A stretch of DNA of 64,000 nt from Mizuhopecten yessoensis (taxonomy: Eukaryota). Position numbers and translations under genes: made by a program. Positions 28,201-39,300 of this stretch are shown piece by piece; the first letter of the stretch is position 1, and the number at the start of each line of letters is the position of its first letter. The stretch lies in assembly GCF_002113885.1 (NCBI RefSeq), contig NW_018405538.1:37362-101361 (forward strand). The letters are read 5' to 3'. A model generated the notes under the pieces. That model was given only the letters and a program-made list of their open reading frames with translations. It was not told the origin of the DNA and did no database searches.

Positions 28201-28240
28201 ACTCGAGAGTGAAGGATCATTTAATGTTGCATTGCGCCCA
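25233..28240 (-). mobile_element. 5'-truncated non-LTR retrotransposon (CR1/L2-group-like) with APE endonuclease and reverse transcriptase; two frameshifts (~27165, ~26600)
   Basis: APE motifs NINFQS, GTETWL, GGDFN, TLD, SDH; RT motifs QHGFR, DFAKAFD, PQGSVLGP, LFADD, YLG, QRRAARF and SFF.RTI.DWN; spread over ORFs 27163-27822, 26441-27166 and 25233-26561. Confidence 0.93.
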
Positions 28241-28766
28241 TCGACCGCCTTCTCGAGATTGAAGGACTTTTAACTGTAATATCAGTTGCCATTATTTAAA
28301 ACTCATCATTAAATGTGCGTGTTCGCTATAAGCAGCTAGCGTTTGTGTTCCAGTCTAAAAAGATTACAATCCCCTAACCCCGTAGGGGTTTGGGGTTATT
28401 TTACCTGCCTGCGTGCGCACACGATAAGTGACTTCTCGCAAATATAATCAAATATTGACGTGCGTGATAAATAGTGAAGGAGATGAGGATAGAACATACA
28501 TTCAAGTTATGGCAGTACACATAATGAAATGTGTTTATGGTAATGAATTGAATGTATTTTAAGGATTCAAATGATATTTTGATCAGTCTGAACATCTTCA
28601 CCAATGTGTCTTCTGTCGGAACTTTTAACTTTACCACTCCTTATACTACCACAACTCATGATGAGAGATTTCTTTTCCAAGAAAAGCGAACGACGATATT
28701 TAAATGGTTGTCAACTACTCTGGAGCATCATTTGTTAAAAACACGACAAAAGCAAATATGAGTTAT

Positions 28767-30485
28767 GGTAACGGGTTGTTTCGCCCCAAATCCCGTTCGC
28801 CCTAAGGGTTGTTTCGCCCCAAATCCCGTTCGCCCCAGGTTGTTTCGCCCTAAAAAAAATTTTTTTTCTTTAAGTCATAAATATCATGTTAAAAGTTAAA
28901 AAACTTATCTTTCTCTTGAATCAAGATATAATTACGTGCCGGAAGGTGAAGAACGAACCTGTATATTCATCACCGAATCCTACAACGGACATACTAATAT
29001 CCGGAATATACTGTATATTATCGTTTTCATTTCTTTACCTTAATTAAGTAATGTTGTTCTTTATAAAATGCACCTGTATATATTTTAACGTTAAAAATAT
29101 TTAAAACATGATATAAACAATTAAAAAGCACCCTGTCACGTCAGCCATTTTATATAAAACAAATTTCTCTTAGTACATAGATACGTATACGAAATGGACA
29201 TAGATTAGGTACAAATTGCGTATAAGAATGAAAAGAAATTAATACTTTAATTATATATATCTATAATATATAGATAAGATATGGACATATAATGAAACTA
29301 AATTAATTTCTCTAAGTACATAGATACGTATACGAAATGGACATAGATTAGTTACAAATTGCGTATATAGACTGAAACTACATACGTATATTAATTGCGT
29401 ATAAGGATGAAAAAAAACAAATTTTTCTAGAGAAGTATACGAAATGTAAATAATTCCCCAAGTACATAGATACGTATTTTAATTGTTAAGCAGATGTGTA
29501 CATTTGAATTATGAAATAAACGTTGGCAATTTACTTAGGGAATTATCAAAATACATTAAATATACTTGTATAATAATGTACTTGTCAGTCTGGCAGGTTC
29601 TATGCTGCCAGGTTCTATGCTGCCAACAGTCACACACATCACTTCAGATACCATGCTGTCTGCGTCTAACCACGGAGTCGCACAAAATGCACAAATCATC
29701 CATAACGTAAATTACGTTATGGATGATTTGTGCATTTTGTAACTTGTCATAAATAGAGCATTTCTCAGTACTGTGTTATAATTCAACATTACTAATGTTG
29801 AATTATAACACAGTATTGAAAAATGCTCTATTTATGACAAGTTACCTACTCAAAATTATCTACTCAAATATGCATATTAATTTTTATTGGTCGGTACTAT
29901 CACGGACTTAAATCTAATTCCGTGGTACTATCAAAACTTCTCAAAATGGACATAATCTCCAATTAGCAAAAAACAACACGGACGTGTGCAGAAATCAAGT
30001 AAAGAAAACATCGTCACACGGCGACGAGTATGCGTACAGCCGTACACTAAACTAATTTAAATGTGTTAACATGGAAATAATATTGTTGTATACCCCGCAA
30101 TTTTTAAAATAACACCATTTTTGTTTCATTTCACTATTCTTACTTAGTTCTAAAATTAAATTCAATATATGTTATAATGTGTGTCGGCGTTAAGAAAGTA
30201 ACGTAATCCGTTTTTTTGCTTTACAATGTACTTAAAACAACACAAACACATTTTTTTTTTTAAATAAAACTGATTTTATTGATATGAAAGACTAAGAAGA
30301 CTTAATTTGTGACTTAAAACAAATAAAAATGAAAAGAAAATACCAAACAATGTTTCGCCCTAAAAAATGTTTTAGGGCGAAACAACCTGGCGCGAAACAA
30401 CCTCGGGCGAAACAACCTGGCGCGAAACAACCTAGGGCGAAACAACCTAGGGCGAACGGGATTTGGGGCGAAACAACCCGGAACC
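28767..30485. mobile_element. Non-autonomous Mutator/MULE-like DNA transposon, 1719 bp
   Basis: TIRs ggt(aa/tc)cgggttgtttcgccccaaatcccgttcgccct with subterminal ggttgtttcgcc repeats; exact 9-bp TSD atgagttat (28758-28766 and 30486-30494); no transposase ORF. Confidence 0.88.
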
Positions 30486-31012
30486 ATGAGTTATACCGCG
30501 GATGAAATCGAGAATTTTGGAGTTCCTGCATGTTCATGTCAGTTGACGATATATTTCATGAGTTGAAGTGTCAATTATTTTTTTCAGAAGGCTGTACACA
30601 TTCATATGTAAACAAATTGTGTCGTGATGTTCGCCTTTACAGGATATTTTTTAAGTAACTTTGAAGTCCGAAAATGATGGACATCGAACATCCTCATGAG
30701 CAGATGATTAGAACTCCCGAAAAAATTATCGGACTTGAGCAAGGCTGTGAACACCATTAGTAGTCCGAGACTTTATAGGTATGGGCAAATATCTCCTAAA
30801 ATGCATTGTATGGGGGTCGGGGTTAAATTAAGAGATGACGCGTTCGCATCCTTAATAGATCGATTCTTTCGGGATTCTCTGGCAATATCTCAATGTACCA
30901 TGAAAACCTTTAAACTTCCGAATTGACGTACTGTAGTGTTATTCGCGAGAATCCTACTTCCTGCTTGACACATTTGCAATTATCCAATGTTATTCTTTCG
31001 TTGTCCTCAATA

Positions 31013-31488
31013 TTATGACTTAATGCACAAATCATCAGCGTAGTTCAGACAATCGCCTGGGAAATTAAGTAAGTTACAGTATGGATAAAATACATACACT
31101 ATCTAAATTGGCGTTATAGCAACCTTTACACATACGAACAGTGCTTGTGACTTGTGTTTATACTGTATAAAACAGGTAATGCGTATAACAAATGGGCTAA
31201 TCTCGTAGAATTATACGGTCCACTTACAATCTGCATCTTCTCTTATTGACTTCCTCCGTCGATACCGACGATTACGGAAGTAATGTAAGTCCATCTCCGG
31301 ACACTTGGGAGGTAAGATATTTCTCCTACAAGAAGGATTGATACCAATAGTATATGTCCTCTGATCCTTTATATATATGAATTTGAACAGCCAATCATGC
31401 AAGTTGATGATGGTGTTCGAACAGCTTCCGTATCCTGTGACAGAGCTCATAGGCATGATGCATGACATTGTTATATCTTACATGTGTC
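31013..31488 (-). other. Possible short spliced minus-strand gene (exon 31488-31228 plus exon from 31056; 94-aa ORF of unknown function) or lncRNA
   Basis: Two canonical GT-AG introns (31563-31489 and 31227-31057); no recognisable domain. Confidence 0.3.
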
Positions 31489-31735
31489 CTAGAGGGTGGA
31501 AATATATTGTTAAAAAAAATTAAACACAATAAGTTGTTTTAGAATGTTGTGAATAGCATATACCTGGTGAGTCTCAAAAATAATTCAAATGAAATTGTCA
31601 ATGCAGTAGGCCTACCACAAGTCCTAGACGGCTTGCGGCTGGTGGATGAGGAAGGATTTTGTATTACATATTTTCATTAAATTGTATTGGCATCTGCAGC
31701 CTTACTCCACCTGCTATACAATATTGTCAATAAAT

Positions 31736-32263
31736 ACAGCACAGCTTCCAAGGGTCAACACCACCAGGTATGGAAAGAGGTCCTTCCGCTATGAGGGCGC
31801 CCGCATTTGGAACAGCCTGCCGAACGAATTGCGTAAAGTGGAGAACTACTCCGAGTTCGGCAGACTGATCCGTAGGTGGTACGGGCCCGAGTGCGGATGC
31901 ACTTTATGTGTTGGTTAGCGTTTTTGGCTACCTATTTTTTCCTGCTTTGTATGTGTCCTGTGCTGGCTGAAGTGTATTGTTTAAAATATAACGGGCAGCT
32001 TTACATATGGCTCTGTGCTTTTTGTCAGCTTTGTAGTTTACAATTTGATGCTTTTGTCATATGTTTATTTTCTGCAAATGTGCTGTACATGCTTCATATT
32101 TTTACTGCTTAACGTTTCAATGTGTATGTATTTTTGTAAAAGTTTTCTTGTTATGTATTTTTTGTTCTTTACATGTGTTTGTCGAAATACAAGCTCTTCG
32201 TAGCTTATGTTGTATGTTTATAATATTCGACGTAAAATAAAGCTTCTGTATCTGTATCTGTAT
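31736..32263 (+). mobile_element. 3' end fragment of an L2/CR1-type LINE
   Basis: C-terminal ORF2-like LPRVNTTRYGKRSFRYEGARIWNSLP...W.GP.CxCxxC, then a 3'UTR, AATAAA and a (ctgtat)3 tail; possible ataaat TSD. Confidence 0.8.
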
Positions 32264-32747
32264 AAATGAGGGGAGGGTAACTACGGAGACTCTACATAGA
32301 TTTACGTGTAAAAGCCAACTGTCTGGTGTGTGACAGCCCTTAGCAAAAAAATGATAATGCTAATAGCATGAGTGCTGATTAATTCCAGCACATAATATGC
32401 ATGAACACAACTGTAGCAAACTTTTCATTGGCTGCCACTTCTATCTAAAAATCCTTAATAACCAACTTGTGAAATTATAATGTACATTTGTAAATAAACA
32501 AGTGGTCAGCGCCCTGAATTGATTTAAATGATTGAATTCTTAATTACAGATATAAATAATCTGTCGTTTTATTCAAAGTTACATCATGCCATCAATGACA
32601 GCTAGTTTTCCGAGTTGTAATGTGTTTGTTATTTGTTTTTGTGACATGACAAAGCAAAGCAGTGCATATATAAATCAAAGACAGCTTTTTAACTGATGAA
32701 ATAAAAACCTTTGTTTTAGCAATTTCATTTCAGTTCCAAGATAAAGA

Positions 32748-33369
32748 GGATATTTGATTATGTCGTCAGTAATAACAAATATATTTCACGAGTGTGGCTA
32801 ATATTTTGATATTTTACACGAGTGCGCAGCATGAGTGAAAAATATCAAAATACTAGCCACACGAGTGAAATATATTTGTTATTACTGAAGACACCATTAA
32901 ATTTTCTATTTATTACATTTTTAAAGCATAAAACATGAAAAATGTAATGCATTAAAAAAGGGCGGGAATCAGGAGCGTAATAATTAGCGCCATATCCTAA
33001 TGGCGTCACACTTGACAACAAGGCTGCGTGCCATTTTGAATTGGATACTTAACGCAATTCCAACGTTTTCTGCTGTTTTCTGGTATTATTGCTTATAAAA
33101 ATGTTATCAATTGTATGTTTAGGTAAGTGTGTGTACCAAACATTTACCATAACAACCACTTATTCTACCATCGCTTCATTTGAATCCGAACAAAAAATAG
33201 TTGCCTATGATTGGAGCGAATAGAAGATACCGTTATGATTGGTCAATATCAAAAAGTGATATTTTCACACTGAAAATATCACTTTTGATATTTGTCACAG
33301 TGTGAAAGATATCAGTTTATCAAGTTGATAGAATCCGATATTTCACTGGCAAAAATGTAATAAATATCC
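32748..33369. mobile_element. Palindromic MITE-like element
   Basis: Short TIR ggatattt(g)atta/taataaatatcc; ~120-bp imperfect hairpin 32768-32888 built on cacgagtg motifs; second hairpin ~33246-33291. Confidence 0.6.
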
Positions 33370-33382
33370 ATCTTTTCTATAG

Positions 33383-33446
33383 GACTCACTTTTGGGTGGC
33401 CTTGATCCTTGTAGTGTACATGTGTTCACTTTAAAAAAAAAAAAAG
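33383..33446 (+). other. VAMP4: Putative VAMP4 5'UTR exon, copy 1 (64 nt)
   Basis: cttttctatag acceptor and AG|gttagt donor, upstream of the ATG exon; link to VAMP4 is inferred. Confidence 0.5.
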
Positions 33447-33638
33447 GTTAGTCATGCATGAATTTTTGGATCTTATTTACCATCCAATAATTTGAATTAT
33501 ACATGTAGCTAATTAAAGATCAGTTAAGATAAGAATATGTATTCCATTATATTACTAAACTGTACATTGTCCTTTAAGAGTGTTATACTAATGAGATGCG
33601 ACATAAGGAAGCCAGCATCAAGTTAACCTTGACAGAGA

Positions 33639-35372
33639 AATGTCTCATGTAGATGGCCCAATGTCTCATGTAGATGGCCCATTGGCTCATGTACATGGCC
33701 CAATGTCTCATGTAGATGGCACAATGGCTCATGTAGATGGCCCGTTGGCTCATGTAGATGGCCCAATGGCTGATGTAGATGGCCCAATGTCTCATGTAAA
33801 TGGCCCATTGGCTCATGTAGATGGACCAATGGCCCATGTATATGGCCCAATGTCTCATGTAGAAGGCCCATGTAGTTGGCCCAATGTCTCATGTAGAAGG
33901 CCCAATATCTCATGTAGATGGCCGAATGGCTCATGTAGATGGCCCATGTAGATGGCCAAATGTCTCATGTAGATGGCCGACGGTCTCATGTAGATGGCCC
34001 AATATCTAATGTAGATGGCCTAATGTCTCGTGTAGATGGGCCAATGTCTCATGTAGATGGCCCAATATCTCATGTAGGTGGCCTAATGTCTCATGTAGAT
34101 GGCACAATGTCTCATGTAGATGGCCGACGGTCTCATGTAGATGGCCCAATTATCCATCTTTTCTATAGGACTCACTTTTGGGTGGCCTTGATCCTTGTAG
34201 TGTACATGTGTTCACTTTAAAAAAAAAAAAAGGTTAGTCATGCATGAATTTTTGGATCTTATTTACCATCCAATAATTTTAATTATACATGTAGCTAATT
34301 AAAGATCAGTTAAGATAAGAATATGTATTCCATTATATTACTAAACTGTACATTGTCCTTTAAGAGTGTTACACTAATGAGATGCGACATAAGGAAGCCA
34401 GCATCAAGTTAGCCTTGACAGAGAAATGTCTCATGTAGATGGCCCAAGGTCTCATGTAGATGGCCCATTCTTGTAGTGTACATGTGTTCACTTTAAAAAA
34501 AAAAAAAGGTTAGTCATGCATGAATTTTTGGATCTTATTTACCATCCAATAATTTTAATTATACATGTAGCTAATTAAAGATCAGTTAAGATAAGAATAT
34601 GTATTCCATTATATTACTAAACTGTACATTGTCCTTTAAGAGTGTTATACTAACGAGATGCGACATAAGGAAGCCAGCATCAAGTTAACCTTGACAGCGA
34701 AATGTCTCATGTAGATGGCCGCATGTCTCATGTAGATGGCCTAATGTCACGTGTAGATGGCCCAATGTCTCCTGTAGATGGCCCATTGGCTCATGTAGAT
34801 GGACCAATGGCTCATGTAGATGGCTGAATGTCTCATGTAGATGGCCGACGGTCTCATGTAGATGGCCCAATATCTCATGAAAATGGCCTAATGTCTCATG
34901 TAGATGGCACAATGGCTCATGTAGATGGCCCATGTACATAGCCCAATGTCTTATGTAGATGGCCAATGTCTCATGTAGATGGACGAATGTCTCATGTAGA
35001 TGGCCGACGGTCTCATGTAGATGGCCCAATATCTCATGTAGATGGCCTAATGTCTCATTTAGATGGCCCAATGTCTCATGTAGAAGGCCCATGTAGTTGG
35101 CCCAATGTCTCATGTAGAAGGCCCATGTAGTTGGCCCAATGTCTCATGTAGAAGGCCCATGTAGTTGGCCCAATGTCTCATGTAGATGGTCGAATGTCTC
35201 ATGTAGATGGCCTAATGTCTCGTGTAGATGGCCCAATGTCTCATGTAGATGGCCCATGTAGATGGCCCAATGTCTTATGTAGATGGCCCATGTCTCATGT
35301 AGATGGCCCAATGTCTCATGTAGATGGCCCAATGGCTCATGTAGATGGCCCAATGTCTCATGTAGATGGCCA
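33639..35372. repeat. 21-nt minisatellite catgtagatggcccaatgtct interleaved with repeated copies of a unique block
   Basis: Direct periodicity (SHVDGPM and HETLGHL ORFs are translated repeat); block copies at ~33366-33640, ~34152-34427 and partial ~34470-34702. Confidence 0.93.
34169..34232 (+). other. VAMP4: Putative VAMP4 5'UTR exon, copy 2 (64 nt)
   Basis: Same sequence and splice sites as 33383-33446. Confidence 0.45.
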
Positions 35373-35528
35373 AAGGTCAAAGGTGTTGTGTTCAAATAAA
35401 ACACTGTATTTTTGCATTGATGTGATCCATCCAAAAGGTGAACTTTGTTTAACATAATAGACACAGTTTCTCATTTTCATAAGTTACCCTGGAATTGTAT
35501 TCTTAATGATGTTTTTATCTTTTTAAGG

Positions 35529-35594
35529 ATGCCCCCAAAATTTGTTCGTAACCCTGGAAGTGGTGATTATGCCTCATCTAGAAGTGCAGAGACT
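35529..35594 (+). CDS. VAMP4: VAMP4 coding exon 1 (MPPKFVRNPGSGDYASSRSAET)
   Basis: MPPKF N-terminus characteristic of VAMP4; acceptor ttttaag, donor gtaagt, phase 0. Confidence 0.92.
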
Positions 35595-35861
35595 GTAAGT
35601 ATTTAACTAAATTGTAAATAATCAGTGACATTTATTTAATGTGAACAGCCCTTGACAAATTCACAGTGTAAATAACCTAATTCTTATATAATATAAATAT
35701 AAGAAGGTCACAAGTATTTAATGGAAATCATCAGTGATCATGTATGATCGAAAAAGATTGAGAGGAAATACAGGTTTTAGCTACTAAATGATAAATCAAT
35801 GCTGACAAACACAGAATACAGCATAAAGCAGTAATCTATATTATACAATACACTGTTTCAG

Positions 35862-35908
35862 AGGGCTTTGCTTGAGGCAGGATCTGATGAGGAAGATTTC
35901 TTCTTGCA
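35862..35908 (+). CDS. VAMP4: VAMP4 coding exon 2 (RALLEAGSDEEDFFL)
   Basis: Completes the ETRALL dileucine motif, acidic cluster and FF motif of VAMP4; tttcag/gtaagt sites. Confidence 0.93.
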
Positions 35909-36327
35909 GTAAGTGTATATTAAAACAGTACTACATTACCAGTAAATTGGCTTGCCCTTCCTTTTTCCTAACTGACTTCACTTCTAAAATAGGCCCTTGG
36001 GTCTGTTCCTGTCCCAGATACTTAGTCCCTTTGTCACAACATAGAAATTGTTGAGATTCCCACACTATAACCAAATGTACAATTGACAGTCATGAAGAGA
36101 ATAAATACATGTGCCTAATGCTCGTCCCTTGGGACGCATTCTTTGGGTCATATGATAACTTAAAAACATTTGTTAGCAGGATAAAACTTGTTTTCTATGA
36201 ACGCTTAAATATCCAGATGAGCAATACAGACCCTCTAGGCCTTTTGTTTGAATACATGAATAGGTATTCCAATGTTTATAGTTGGCAATCAAAGGAACTG
36301 ATGTTTTCCCTGTATTCTATGTTTCAG

Positions 36328-36378
36328 AGGTCCCACCGTGAAAACCAATTCACTGCGGGAGGACCCCAAGATGGGCAG
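36328..36378 (+). CDS. VAMP4: VAMP4 coding exon 3 (QGPTVKTNSLREDPKMG)
   Basis: tttcag acceptor, AG|gtagga donor; phase 2-2 fits both neighbours. Confidence 0.88.
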
Positions 36379-39300
36379 GTAGGATTAAGTAGTGTGGACT
36401 TGTGTGACACTAGTCTGATTTATACCATTGGTGTTACTGGGACTAGTCTGATTTATACCATTGGTGTTCCTGGGGGGATTAAGTAGTGTGGACTTGTGTG
36501 ACACTAGTCTGATTTATACCTTTGGTGTTACTGGGAGGATTAAGTAGTGTGGACTTGTGTGACACTAATCTGATTTATACCATTGGTGTTACTGGGACTA
36601 GTCTGATTTATACCATTGTTGTTACTGGGACTAGTCTGATTTATACCATTGGTGTTACTGGGGGGATGAAGTAGTGTGGACTTGTGTGACACTAGTCTGA
36701 TTTATACCATTGGTGTTACAGGGACTAGTCTGATTTATACCATTGGTGTTACTGGTAGGATTAAGTAGTGTTGACTTGTGTGACACTAGTCTGATTTATA
36801 CCATTGGTGTTACTGGGGGGATTAAGTAGTGTGGACTTGTGTGACACTAGTATGATTTATACCATTGGTGTTACTGGGACTAGTCTGAATTATACCATTG
36901 GTGTTACTGGGACTAGTCTGATTTATACCATTGTTGTTACTGGGACTAGTCTGATTTATACCATTGGTGTTCCTGGGGGGATTAAGTAGTGTGGACTTGT
37001 GTGACACTATTCTGATTTATACCATTGGTGTTACTGGGACTAGTCTGAATTATACCATTGGTGTTACTGGGACTAGTCTGATTTGTACCATTGGTGTTAC
37101 TGGGACTAGTCTGATTTATACCATTGGTGTTACTGGGGGGATGAAGTAGTGTGGACTTGTGTGACACTAGTCTGATTTATACCTTTGGTGTTACTGGGAG
37201 GATTAAGTAGTGTGGACTTGTGTGACACTAGGCTGATTTATACCATTGGTGTTACTGGGACTAGCCTGATTTATACCATTGGTGTTACTGGGGGGATTAA
37301 GTAGTGTGGACTTGTGTGACACTAGTATGATTTATACCATTGGTGTTACTGGGACTAGTCTGAATTATACCATTGGTGTTACTGGGACTAGTCTGATTTG
37401 TACCATTGGTGTTACTGGGACTAGTCTGATTTATACCATTGTTGTTACTGGGACTGGTCTGATTTTTACCATTGGTGTTACTGGGACTAGTCTGATTTAT
37501 ACCATTGGTGTGACTGGGACTAGTCTGGTTTATACCATTGGTGTTACTGACACTAGTCTGATTTATACCATTGGTGTTACTGGGGGGATTAAGTAGTGTG
37601 GACTTGTGTGACACTATTCTGATTTATACCATTGGTGTAACTGGTAGGATTAAGTAGTGTGGACTTGTGTGACACTAGCCTGATTTATACCATTGGTTTT
37701 ACTGGGACTAGTCTGCTTTATACCATTGGTGTTTCTGGGACTAGTCTGATTTTTACCATTGGTGTTACTGGCACTCTTGTGTGACACTATTCTGATTTTT
37801 ACCATTGGTGTTACTGTGAGTAGTCTGATTTATACCAGTGGTGTTACTGGGACTAGGCTGGTTTATACCATTGGTGTTTCTGGGACTAGTCTGATTTTTA
37901 CCATTGGTGTTACTGGCACTCTTGTGTGACACTATTCTGATTTTTACCATTGGTGTTACTGGCACTCTTGTGTGACACTATTCTGATTTATACCATTTGT
38001 GTAACTGGTAGGATTTAGTAGTGTGGACTTGTGTGACACTAGACTGATTTATACCATTGGTTTTACTGGGACTAGTCTGACTTATACCATTGGTGTTAGT
38101 GGTAGGATTAAGTAGTGTTTACTTGTGTGACACTATTCTGATTTATACCATTGGCGTTACTGGGACTAGTCTGATTTGTACCATTGGTGTTACTGGGGCT
38201 AGTCTGATTTATACCCTTGGTGTTACTGGGACTAGGCTGATTTATACCATTGGAGTTACTGGGACTAGTCTGACTTATACCATTGGTGTTACCGACACTA
38301 GTCTGATTTATACATTGGTGTTACTGGGAGTAGTCTGATTTATACCAGTGGTGTTACTGGGACTAGTCTGACTTATACCATTGGTGTTACCGACACTAGT
38401 CTGATTTATACCATAGGTGTTACTGGGACTAGCCTGATTTATACCATAGGTGTTACTGGGACTAGGCTGGTTTATACCATTGGTGTTTCTGGGACTAGTC
38501 TGATTTGTACCATTGGTGTTACTGGGAGGATTAAAGAGTGGGGACTTGTTTGACACTAGGCTGATTTATACCATTGGTGTTAGGACTGGGCTGATTTATA
38601 AATGTACCATTGGTGTTACTGGCACTCTTGTGTGACACTATTCTGATTTTTACCATTGGTGTTACTGGGAGGATTAAGTAATATGGACTTGTGTGACACT
38701 ATTCTGATTTATACCATTGGGGTTACTGACACTAGTCTGATTTATGCCATTGGTGTTACTGGGGGGATTACGTAGTGTGGACTTGTGTGACCCTAGTCTG
38801 ATTTATACCCTTGGTGTTACTGGGACTTGTCTGATTTATACCATTGGGGTTACTGGGACTAGTCTGACTTATACCATTGGTGTTACGGGGACTAGTCTGT
38901 TTTATCCCATTGGTGTTACTGGGGCTACTCTGATTTATACCATCGGTGTTACTGGGAGGATTAAGTAATATGGACTTGTGTGACACTAGACTGATTTATA
39001 CCATTGGTTTTACTGGGACTAGTCTGTTTTATCCCATTGGTGTTACTGGGGCTAGTCTGATTTATACCAGTGGTGTTACTGGGACTAGGCTGGTTTATAC
39101 CATTGGTGTTACCGACACTAGTCTGATTTAATACCATTGGTGTTACTGGTGGGATGAAGTAGTGTGGACTTGTATGACACTAGTCTGAGTTATACCATTG
39201 GTGTTAGTGGTAGGATTAAGTAGTGTTTACTTGTGTGACACTATTCTGATTTATACCATTGGTGTAACTGGTAGGATTAAGTAGCGAGGACTTGTGTGAC

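Noticed and set aside
33583-35464. His-rich ORFs (HETLGHL/SHVDGPM repeats) suggesting metal-binding proteins
   Set aside because: 21-nt minisatellite read on both strands; no supporting gene structure
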